From Methanolinea sp. UBA275 (GTDB lineage Archaea; Halobacteriota; Methanomicrobia; Methanomicrobiales; Methanospirillaceae), in contig DAWU01000015.1 of the NCBI GenBank assembly GCA_002506105.1, positions 11,087 to 75,086 of the forward strand: a stretch of 64,000 bases of DNA. Reading direction: 5' to 3'. The notes under the pieces are model-generated. The model saw only the letters and a list, made by a program, of their open reading frames with translations, made no database searches and was not told the DNA's origin. Of the stretch, positions 41,583 to 49,819 are shown in pieces; position 1 is the stretch's first letter, and every line of letters starts with the position of its first letter. Position numbers and translations under genes: made by a program.

Positions 41583-41903
41583 ATGTCAGAGAATGCCAGT
41601 GTGATCTCCCCGGTTGGGAGAATAGATGCGGCAACCGCTCCCTCGCTCGAGAATGAATTATCCGGAGCCATTGAAAAGGGAGACCGGGAAATTGTCGTGG
41701 ATCTCTCTTCTGTGGAGTATATCAGCAGTGCGGGTCTCCGTGCCCTTCTTGCTACGTTGAAACGTGTAAAAGCCCTCGAGGGGAACCTGGTGCTCTGTTC
41801 TTTGCACCCGTATGTGAAGGAAGTATTTGATATGACGGGCTTTTCAAGAATATTCACGATATGCAACTCAAAGGAAGAGGCAATCCGGTCCCTGGGGTGC
41901 TAA
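41583..41903 (+). CDS. STAS-domain protein (SpoIIAA/RsbV anti-sigma-antagonist-like)
   Basis: 106-aa ORF starting 8 nt after the upstream stop. DLSSVEYISSAGLRALL and VKEVFDMTGFSRIF align with SpoIIAA DLSFMDSSGLGVIL and VKRLFDMSGLFKII. Confidence 0.85.
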   Translation: MSENASVISPVGRIDAATAPSLENELSGAIEKGDREIVVDLSSVEYISSAGLRALLATLKRVKALEGNLVLCSLHPYVKEVFDMTGFSRIFTICNSKEEAIRSLGC

Positions 41904-41952
41904 TCTCACAGAAGAACCCCTATTGGTAAACACCGCGCTCCCAACCATCGAT

Positions 41953-41997
41953 AAACAATGTTGTGCAACAATGTATATATTTATACACAACAAATGA
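41953..41997 (+). promoter_or_regulatory. trpB2 promoter with CAACAATGTA-type boxes flanking the TATA element
   Basis: AAACAATGTT (41953-62), CAACAATGTA (41966-75), TTTATACA (41980-87) and CAACAAATGA (41988-97). The same architecture lies upstream of trpE. Confidence 0.5.
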
Positions 41998-42003
41998 TAC
42001 TCC

Positions 42004-43368
42004 ATGCACACCAAAATCCTTCTCGATGAGGACCAGATGCCGAAGGCCTGGTATAATATCCTGGCAGATCTTCCCACACCGCTGGATCCTCCGCTCCACC
42101 CGGGCACAGGAAAACCCCTCGTTCCTGAGGATCTTTCCCATATCTTCCCGATGGAACTTATCCTGCAGGAGATGAGCCCGAAACGGATGATCGATATTCC
42201 CTCTGAGGTTCAGGACATCCTGAGGCTCTGGAGGCCAAGCCCCCTTTACAGAGCTCACAGGCTTGAAAAGCATCTCAAGACTCCCGCTCATATCTATTAT
42301 AAATATGAAGGAGTGAGCCCCCCCGGGAGCCATAAACCCAACACTGCTGTCCCTCAGGCGTATTACAATATGAAGGCGGGCATCGAGCGGATTGCCACAG
42401 AGACCGGTGCAGGTCAGTGGGGTTCCGCACTCGCGTTTGCTACCCAGCTCTTCGGGCTTGAGTGTACGGTGTATATGGTTCGATCCAGTTATTCGCAGAA
42501 GCCTTACCGAAAGTCCATGATGCAGGTATGGGGTGCAGAATGCATCCCGAGTCCCAGTACAAGGACAAAAGCAGGTTCTTCGGTCCTTCAGAAAGATCCG
42601 GAGACACCGGGGAGCCTTGGAATTGCCATATCAGAGGCTGTTGAGGATGCCGCAACGCACAGCAACACCAATTATTCGCTGGGATCTGTGCTGAACCATG
42701 TATGCCTGCACCAGACCATTACCGGTCTCGAATCAAAAGAGCAGCTGGCAATGGTTGATGAATATCCCGATGTCGTCATCGGTTGTCTTGGCGGGGGTTC
42801 GAACTTTGCAGGAATATCATTCCCCTTTGCCGGTGATAAACTGAAAGGGACCCACAGGGAGACCGATATCATTGCGGTTGAGCCGGCATCCTGCCCAAAA
42901 CTGACGAAGGGACTCTATACCTATGATTACGGTGACGTGGCAGGTCTCACCCCTCTCCTGAAGATGTTCACACTCGGCCATGATTTCGTCCCGCCGTCAA
43001 TCCATGCCGGAGGACTGCGCTACCACGGCGCCTCTCCCATCGACTCGAAACTGATACATGACGGGGTCATGAGGGCGGTCTCCTACCACCAGAGCGAGGT
43101 ATTCGATGCAGCCCAGACATTCGCGAGAACCGAGGGTATCATCATTGCACCCGAGACCTCCCACGCAGCCCGGGCGGCTATCGACGAAGCGCTCAGGTGC
43201 AAAAAGAGCGGGGAAGCAAAGACCATACTGTTCAACTGCTCGGGGCACGGACACTTCGACATGTCGGCGTATGACGCATATTATGCCCACCAGCTTGTTG
43301 ATTACGAGTATCCCGAGAAGCTGATACGTGAATCGCTGGCCAGGCTGCCGAAGATACCGGGTACCTGA
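42004..43368 (+). CDS. trpB2: TrpB2-type tryptophan synthase beta-like protein
   Basis: 454-aa ORF with an N-terminal extension containing PKAWYNIL, the PLP lysine box PGSHKPNTA, and GGGSNFAG. Confidence 0.9.
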   Translation: MHTKILLDEDQMPKAWYNILADLPTPLDPPLHPGTGKPLVPEDLSHIFPMELILQEMSPKRMIDIPSEVQDILRLWRPSPLYRAHRLEKHLKTPAHIYYKYEGVSPPGSHKPNTAVPQAYYNMKAGIERIATETGAGQWGSALAFATQLFGLECTVYMVRSSYSQKPYRKSMMQVWGAECIPSPSTRTKAGSSVLQKDPETPGSLGIAISEAVEDAATHSNTNYSLGSVLNHVCLHQTITGLESKEQLAMVDEYPDVVIGCLGGGSNFAGISFPFAGDKLKGTHRETDIIAVEPASCPKLTKGLYTYDYGDVAGLTPLLKMFTLGHDFVPPSIHAGGLRYHGASPIDSKLIHDGVMRAVSYHQSEVFDAAQTFARTEGIIIAPETSHAARAAIDEALRCKKSGEAKTILFNCSGHGHFDMSAYDAYYAHQLVDYEYPEKLIRESLARLPKIPGT

Positions 43369-43446
43369 ACAAGAATTACGGAGAGCATACAGGGTTCCTG
43401 CCCTTCCGGGATGGAACTTCCTCTCCTTCTTTCCTCAACTCTCACA

Positions 43447-44589
43447 ATGTGCGTGATTGGGCTTCTCGTAAATCCTATTGCAGGCCTTGGCGGGGCAGTG
43501 GGACTGAAGGGTACCGATGGTCAGGTCGGAGAAGCACGTGCGAGGGGCGCCCTGCCAAGGGCTTCCGGAAGGGCGATGGAGGCACTCGCACTCCTTTCAG
43601 GTTTGCCTGTTTGTTTCATCTCCTGTTCGGGAGCCATGGGTGAAGAAGCTCTCAGGAACGCGGGAGTCAGCAGGTATGAAGTGGCGTATAGGGCATCTTC
43701 CGGGCTGACCAGCGCAGACGATACCGTTGCTGCCTGCAGGATCTTTTTAGAGAGAAACGTGGATCTTGTTCTCTTCTGCGGCGGAGACGGGACTGCGAGG
43801 GACGTATATTCTGTCCTGGGTGATGCAACTCCGATGCTGGGAATCCCGGCGGGGGTGAAGATGTACTCGGCGGTTTTTGCCGTTACACCCACGGCAGCAG
43901 CCAGGATTGTCATGTCAGGGTGCAGGGAGGGAGGGCACTTTCTCATTCGCGATGCAGAAGTGGTTGATGTTGATGAGGAAGCATACCGGGAAGGCGAACT
44001 CAAGACACACCTTTTTGGCATTGCGAAGAGCCCGTATGTCCGGGGGCTTATCCAGAGTACCAAGCAGGTATTTGAAAGTCACGATGAAGAGAGAGCGAAA
44101 ACCGACATCGCACACTTTATCAGAGAAGTCATGGATGGGACACCGGATATCCTCTATATTCTGGGGCCGGGGAGCACTACTGCGGCAATTGCAGGAGAAC
44201 TTGACCTTAAGAAGACCCTGCTTGGATTTGATGCCGTGAAGGGGGGTGCACTTGTGGCATCCGATTTACACGAACAGGCATTCCTGGCACTCCTCAAAGA
44301 AGGAACACAAGCCCGGCTTGTTATCAGTATTATTGGTGCACAGGGGGCCCTTTTGGGCAGGGGAACTCAGCAGGTGAGCCCAAACGTTATAAGGATAATT
44401 GGGATTGAGAACATCATTGTCGTGGCAACTCCACAGAAACTTACAGAGACCCCGGTGGTCTTTGTGGATACAGGAGATCCAGATCTTGACACGTCTTTTG
44501 GAACTCATATCTCTGTTATTTCAGGATACCGGATTGCGAGGAGAATAAAGATAGGAACAGGCGAGATTCCGAGTCCGAATACCGGATGA
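43447..44589 (+). CDS. ATP-NAD kinase-family protein (COG3199-like)
   Basis: The start is set at ATG 43447. IGLLVNPIAGLGGAVGLKGTDG and the GGDGT motif (FCGGDGTARD) are present. Confidence 0.8.
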   Translation: MCVIGLLVNPIAGLGGAVGLKGTDGQVGEARARGALPRASGRAMEALALLSGLPVCFISCSGAMGEEALRNAGVSRYEVAYRASSGLTSADDTVAACRIFLERNVDLVLFCGGDGTARDVYSVLGDATPMLGIPAGVKMYSAVFAVTPTAAARIVMSGCREGGHFLIRDAEVVDVDEEAYREGELKTHLFGIAKSPYVRGLIQSTKQVFESHDEERAKTDIAHFIREVMDGTPDILYILGPGSTTAAIAGELDLKKTLLGFDAVKGGALVASDLHEQAFLALLKEGTQARLVISIIGAQGALLGRGTQQVSPNVIRIIGIENIIVVATPQKLTETPVVFVDTGDPDLDTSFGTHISVISGYRIARRIKIGTGEIPSPNTG

Positions 44590-44703
44590 ATATTCTATGC
44601 TGCGATTTTTATTAGCGCGAAAGTATTTTATTTCAACATACCCTTCCAAAACGTACACACTCAACAAGAAGATCTGTATCAACCTGTAAGGGAAGGGTCG
44701 AGA

Positions 44704-46074
44704 ATGAAGACTGTACATCATGAGGATATAGACAACCTGGCCCCCGGTGATCATGTCGCAATCCTGTACCGCGAGACAGCGGATTTCGAGAAGGTGACCA
44801 GAGCAATCCTTGACCAGTGCACGAGGAATCGATGGTGTCCTCTGTACATCTCGAGGCTCCCGCAGGAGAATGCCACTATCGCGCAGAAGGGGGAAGCGGA
44901 TAGAACCGAACAGGGTGTGAAAGTCATATCACCCCAGAATCCCGATTTTCACGAAAAATTCTCCTCTGCGAAAAATGCACAGGCATATATCAGGCGTCAG
45001 GTGAAGAGTGCGAGGGAAGCCGGCTATTCAGCTGTCTGCATCATACGTGAAGCTGCACCCATCGGTGCCCGCCGTTCGAGCCAGAAACTGGTCGGTGATA
45101 TGGCGGGACTTGATTCTCTCTTCGATGAAAAAAGCCTCCTTATGATATGTGGATACAGGATGGACCAGTTCCCTCCCCATGTCCTTCAGGATGTCATGCG
45201 GACACATCCCAGGATTATACTCGATATGAAACTGATCGAAAATCTCTTCTATATACCCGCATCCGATGCGATGCGGTATAATCTTCCCTCGATAGAAATG
45301 CAGCACTGGCTTGATACACTCAGAAAGCTCTCTTCCACACGCGATACCCTGGCGGAAACCGAGGACCGGTTCAAAGACATACTCGACAACGCGAACGATC
45401 TTATCCAGAGTGTCAGCCCTGAGGGGAAATTCCTCTATGTGAACAGGGCATGGAGAGAGACACTGGAGTATACGGCTGATGAGGCCAGCGCTCTCAATAT
45501 TTTCGATATCATCGATCCCTCCTGCATGGATCACTGCCAGGCGATGTTCTCATGTGTCATGTCAGGTGGGGATGCCGGCCGGGTAGAAGCAACATTTCTG
45601 TCGAAATCAGGAAAGAAGGTATACGTTGAGGGGAATGTAAACTGCCGGATTGTTGATGGAAAACCGCAGTACACCCGGGCAATCTTCCGTGATGTCACCG
45701 CACTCAAGAAAGAAGAGAGAGCCCGGCGTGAACGTGAAAAGGTCCTCGATGCGGTGCTGAACCTCACTCCCAACGCCACGGTGGTGACCACCCCCGAAGG
45801 AATCATGCTCTATGCGAATAAGCCTGCCCGCTCCCTTTCCCCCATGACAGGAAGAGAGGGCGTCCACGGAAAACCCCTCTGGGCACTCCTGGCACCTGGC
45901 GGGGAGGAGGACATAAAGCAGAGCATCGCCATGTATCTCGAGGGGGGGACTTCTGCTTCTGGGTGCCGGGTGCAGGGATGTGACGGGAAAGAGTGGCATA
46001 TCGAATGGAGCCAGGCAGGTTTCGGGCGCCAGACAGCGGGATACATCATGGCCATCATAAGGAGAATTGAATAG
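44704..46074 (+). CDS. MEDS-domain sensor protein with two PAS domains and no recognisable output domain
   Basis: 456-aa ORF. The N-terminus PGDHVAILYRETADFEKV is typical of MEDS. Two PAS-like segments follow (DILDNANDLIQSVSPEGKFLYVNRAW and LDAVLNLTPNATVVTTPEGIMLYANKPA). Confidence 0.7.
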   Translation: MKTVHHEDIDNLAPGDHVAILYRETADFEKVTRAILDQCTRNRWCPLYISRLPQENATIAQKGEADRTEQGVKVISPQNPDFHEKFSSAKNAQAYIRRQVKSAREAGYSAVCIIREAAPIGARRSSQKLVGDMAGLDSLFDEKSLLMICGYRMDQFPPHVLQDVMRTHPRIILDMKLIENLFYIPASDAMRYNLPSIEMQHWLDTLRKLSSTRDTLAETEDRFKDILDNANDLIQSVSPEGKFLYVNRAWRETLEYTADEASALNIFDIIDPSCMDHCQAMFSCVMSGGDAGRVEATFLSKSGKKVYVEGNVNCRIVDGKPQYTRAIFRDVTALKKEERARREREKVLDAVLNLTPNATVVTTPEGIMLYANKPARSLSPMTGREGVHGKPLWALLAPGGEEDIKQSIAMYLEGGTSASGCRVQGCDGKEWHIEWSQAGFGRQTAGYIMAIIRRIE

Positions 46075-46189
46075 CAGGATTTTTGGAAAGGAGCACCTCT
46101 ATGATATGGCAGTGAATTAGGAAAGATTGATGCAGATCCTGATGATCCTGGGGTGAAATTATGGGATCATACACACACATTTTTTCTGA

Positions 46190-46867
46190 ATGGAAGAATT
46201 AAAGAAGGCCTTTGATGCTATCGCATCCCGGTATGACGGACAGCGGCGGTTCATCATTCCCCAGATGGAAGAATTTTACGAGGCGGCGGTATGGGCTGCT
46301 GATTGGCCGGGAAATAACCCTGCAATTCTCGATATCGGTGCCGGCACCGGTCTTTTATCTGCACTTCTTCTGCAGAAATATCCCATGGGAAACTTCACGC
46401 TTGTCGATATATCCGAGAACATGCTCGATATCGCACGGGCACGGTTCGATGGAAATCCACATGTGCACTTTTTTGTGGCAGACTACAGCCGGGATGAGAT
46501 TCCCGGAAAATATGACCTGGTCTGTTCCGCACTCTCCATACATCACCTCGAACATGCCGATAAGCAAAGGCTTTTTCAGCGGATATACAGTATTCTCAAA
46601 TCGGGGGGAATCTTCGTAAACGCTGACCAGGCAGAGGCGCAATCATCGTGGCTCTCCAGGAAAAACCTTCTTTACTGGGACTCTTTTGTTGCGAAACACC
46701 CGTTTCCTGAAGATGAGATTCGAGCAGTTATAAAACGGAGGGATACCCTTGATAAGAATGCCCCCCTCTTTGATCAGGTCTCCTGGCTTTCAGATGCCGG
46801 GTTCAGGGGGGTTGATATTGTGTACAAAAACAGGATATTCTGCGTTTTTATAGGCAGGAAAGAGTGA
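46190..46867 (+). CDS. Class I SAM-dependent methyltransferase
   Basis: 225-aa ORF with motif I ILDIGAGTGLLS, the post-I acidic residue (LVDIS) and motif II DLVCSALSIHH. Confidence 0.8.
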   Translation: MEELKKAFDAIASRYDGQRRFIIPQMEEFYEAAVWAADWPGNNPAILDIGAGTGLLSALLLQKYPMGNFTLVDISENMLDIARARFDGNPHVHFFVADYSRDEIPGKYDLVCSALSIHHLEHADKQRLFQRIYSILKSGGIFVNADQAEAQSSWLSRKNLLYWDSFVAKHPFPEDEIRAVIKRRDTLDKNAPLFDQVSWLSDAGFRGVDIVYKNRIFCVFIGRKE

Positions 46868-46875
46868 GGATATGC

Positions 46876-47544
46876 TCATTGGATCCAGCCCCTGTCCACC
46901 CAGGTCTCGTATTCGAGTGGCCGCCAGGAACGGTTCTCTTCAACAATCCGCGCAAAGTATTCCCGGTTCTCGGCGATGATCTCTTCCTGATCAGGAAAAA
47001 ATTCCTTGATCTGAATGGCATCCACCAGTCTTTTACCAAGTGACCGGGCTTCCGGTTCCAGTTTCATGATTGAGGCCTGATCGTCACCGAGCGCGGCACT
47101 CAAACCCCCCACGCTATACCCCCCAAGGTAATTGATGAGGTGGTTCAGGTAGGAAACCACCACATCCCCTCCCGAGATTGCCGTTGTTGATACCGAGCAC
47201 CCATACTTTCCCGAACACACCTGGTAATGGATGGCATCTGCGAGCCTGTCGATGAAGACTTTCATCTGTCCTGTGACGTGATCTACATAGACAGGAGATC
47301 CCAGGACAATTCCCTCAGCATTGCACATCTGCTCAAAGACCATGGAAAAATCATCGTTATGGATGCACTCTCCAGTGAGGGAGCAGCTGTCACAGGCGGA
47401 ACACGCGGTAATTTTCATATCCGCGAGATCAAGAAGATTGGTATCAGCACCCTCTCTTGCAGCTCCCTCGAGCACCCACTGCACCAGTTTTCTTGTCCTG
47501 CTGCGACTGCCCCTGGGGCTTCCGTGTATGGCAATTATTTCCAT
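46876..47544 (-). CDS. isf: Iron-sulfur flavoprotein / NADPH-dependent FMN reductase family
   Basis: 222-aa ORF with flavodoxin-like IHGSPRGSRSRT and the Isf cysteine motif CSACDSCSLTGEC (CX2CX2CX5C). Confidence 0.75.
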   Translation of the reverse strand: MEIIAIHGSPRGSRSRTRKLVQWVLEGAAREGADTNLLDLADMKITACSACDSCSLTGECIHNDDFSMVFEQMCNAEGIVLGSPVYVDHVTGQMKVFIDRLADAIHYQVCSGKYGCSVSTTAISGGDVVVSYLNHLINYLGGYSVGGLSAALGDDQASIMKLEPEARSLGKRLVDAIQIKEFFPDQEEIIAENREYFARIVEENRSWRPLEYETWVDRGWIQ

Positions 47545-47620
47545 GAAGCAGGATCACCCCGCATCCGATGACTGTAAGGTTTTCGATTCCTCACAGTACT
47601 CCGTATGTTCAGTATTGGAA

Positions 47621-48110
47621 TCATACTGAGGACCTATTTTTAAGTGCTTTTTTGACCTCATCTGCATGACCTTTTGGGGAGACTTTTCTCCAGACACTGA
47701 CTATCCGGCCATCAGGGTCGATAAGGAATGTATCCCGCTGGGTTTCGAGGATCTTCTTGCCGTACATCGTTTTTTCTTTCCAGGATTGGTACGCCTCAAT
47801 GACCTGGTGTCCGGGATCAGAGAGAAGCAGGATCGAAAGGGTATGGCGATCGGCAAATTGTCTGTGGCTTTCAGGAGAATCCTTGCTCACCCCGATGACC
47901 TGTGCTCCCAGTTCTGCGAATGATTCCCGTGGCTTCACTGAAGGAGAGCGCCTCCAGAGTGCATCCAGGGGTGTTGTCCCTGGGATAAAAATACAGGACA
48001 ACCCATTTTCCCCTGTACTGCTCAAGACATACCTCGGAACCCTTTGAGTCAGGAAGGCAGAACGCGGGGGCTGTGACTCCAATCAGGGGATCATCATCTT
48101 TTTCGCCCAT
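47621..48110 (-). pseudogene. bcp: Peroxiredoxin Bcp (thiol peroxidase) interrupted by a 1-nt frameshift
   Basis: The N-terminal half (MGEKDDDPLIGVTAPAF...YFYPRDNTPGCTLEALSFSE) lies in ORF 47871..48218. The C-terminal half (PRESFAELGAQVIGVSKDSPESH...TFLIDPDGRI...) lies in ORF 47621..48082. The frames meet near 47931-47934. Confidence 0.8.
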
Positions 48111-48222
48111 TCTTATCGTCAGAGACGAGGCTCTGCAACAGGTATGAATCTTTCGTACTCTCTTCCCGTGCTCTTGCCGGAAATCAGAGGTATTCAAATC
48201 CATTCCAAGGAAGTGCAAAATT

Positions 48223-48257
48223 AATCAACAATGTATTTATACAATCAACAATGTACA
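48223..48257 (+). promoter_or_regulatory. trp operon promoter: 13-nt direct repeat flanking the TATA element
   Basis: AATCAACAATGTA occurs at 48223-48235 and 48243-48255, exactly 20 bp apart, bracketing TTTATACA (48236-48243). TGTACA lies at 48252-48257. Confidence 0.55.
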
Positions 48258-48418
48258 AATAAAAACATGTCATATGAGAACCGGCAATCCCAGGTGATGC
48301 CGCTGGACTGGATAATGCCGCCTCAAGGGCGGCTTTCGATCAGTATCTCTCTACTCTAGATGAAAGTATTTCAGGTCTTGGGGGTGTACGACTACTCCCG
48401 GTCACGAGAAGCATCCCG

Positions 48419-49819
48419 ATGCCATCATCTGATGCGTACTCTCTTTTCCGTGCTATTGGGGAACAGAGCGGGGGCGTCCTGGAATCAATGGAAGGTATTC
48501 CCCGTCGGGCGGTCAGGTCTATACTCTGCGTAAAACCCCCCCTCTGCCTGACTCTCGATGGGGAGATAACCGTGGAAGGGAGCAAAAATCTCCAGGATAT
48601 CATCAGCATTCCTGAAATGGGAAATCCCATCACACAGCTTCGTTCATTCATAAAGCAGTTCGAATGGATGGGCCCGTCAGGCACGGGCTTTCTGGGGGGG
48701 CTGGTGGGGTTCTGTTCTTACGACATGGTTAGAGAGCTCTCAGAGGGGATGGTCCCGGCGGGAAAAGAAGGTCCTCTTGCCCGGTTCATGCTCTGTACGC
48801 AGGGAATCGTCTTTGACCACGCAAGGGATTCATGCATTCTGTTTGACGATCTGATCCTGAATGGTGAGACTGACTGCCGCAAAGAGCATGCCAGAGCGAG
48901 GCAGCGTCTTGAAAAGCTCGAAGAAAAAATAAGGAGGATTTCTGCAGAACGAACGACGGACCGTGCACATATTCCCCGTGCATCCTCCCCCCCGGTGAGC
49001 TCAGTGAGCCGTGAAGCGTACCAGGAGGCGGTCAGGAAAGCCCTGGAATATATCCACGCAGGAGATATCTTCCAGGTAGTCCTCTCCCGAAAGATTACAT
49101 GCCACGTCCGGGAAGATCCCCTTGACATCTATGGTGCTATCAGGACTATAAATCCCTCACCATACCTGTATTATCTCCAGTTCGGAGACGAGGCCATCAT
49201 TGGGTCAAGCCCCGAGATGCTGGTCAAAGTGGAGGGAAAAAGCGTCCAGACCGTCCCCATCGCAGGGACCAGGCCCCGCGGGAATAGTGTGGCAGAAGAC
49301 ACAAAGCTTGCCGCAGAACTCCTTGCAGACCCAAAAGAAAGGGCAGAGCACCTGATGCTCGTCGATCTTGCAAGGAACGATATCGGGAAAATTTCGGATT
49401 TTGGATCGGTGAATGTCCCGGAGTACATGGAGGTGGAAAAATTCTCTCATGTTCAACACATCGTATCCCGCGTATGCGGGACTCTCAGAGAAGACCGGGA
49501 CCGTTTTGATGCGTTTGCCTCATGTTTCCCCGCAGGTACCGTCAGCGGGGCACCGAAGATCAGGGCGATGCAGATCATCGCGGAACTGGAGACTCAGCCA
49601 AGAGGTCTCTATGCCGGAGCTGTTGGATATGCCGGTTTTTCCAATGATCTGGAATTTGCTATCGCAATCAGAACCCTTCGGTTCCGGCGGGGCTTTGTCG
49701 AGTTCTCGACGGGTGCAGGTATCGTGGCGGACTCAATTCCTGAACGTGAATTTGAGGAGACCGAGTACAAGGCCGGAGCAATGATGAAAGCGATAGGGAT
49801 TGTGGGGGTGACAGGATGA
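48419..49819 (+). CDS. trpE: Anthranilate synthase component I
   Basis: 466-aa ORF with LLES-like GGVLES, IAGTRPRG, LVDLARNDIG and GAPKIRAM. The 5' boundary is uncertain (see finding). Confidence 0.9.
   Translation: MPSSDAYSLFRAIGEQSGGVLESMEGIPRRAVRSILCVKPPLCLTLDGEITVEGSKNLQDIISIPEMGNPITQLRSFIKQFEWMGPSGTGFLGGLVGFCSYDMVRELSEGMVPAGKEGPLARFMLCTQGIVFDHARDSCILFDDLILNGETDCRKEHARARQRLEKLEEKIRRISAERTTDRAHIPRASSPPVSSVSREAYQEAVRKALEYIHAGDIFQVVLSRKITCHVREDPLDIYGAIRTINPSPYLYYLQFGDEAIIGSSPEMLVKVEGKSVQTVPIAGTRPRGNSVAEDTKLAAELLADPKERAEHLMLVDLARNDIGKISDFGSVNVPEYMEVEKFSHVQHIVSRVCGTLREDRDRFDAFASCFPAGTVSGAPKIRAMQIIAELETQPRGLYAGAVGYAGFSNDLEFAIAIRTLRFRRGFVEFSTGAGIVADSIPEREFEETEYKAGAMMKAIGIVGVTG

Noticed and set aside
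48185-48205. GGTATTCAAATCC resembling a tRNA T-arm
   Set aside because: No complementary acceptor or D-arm sequences surround it. It lies in the bcp 5' region.
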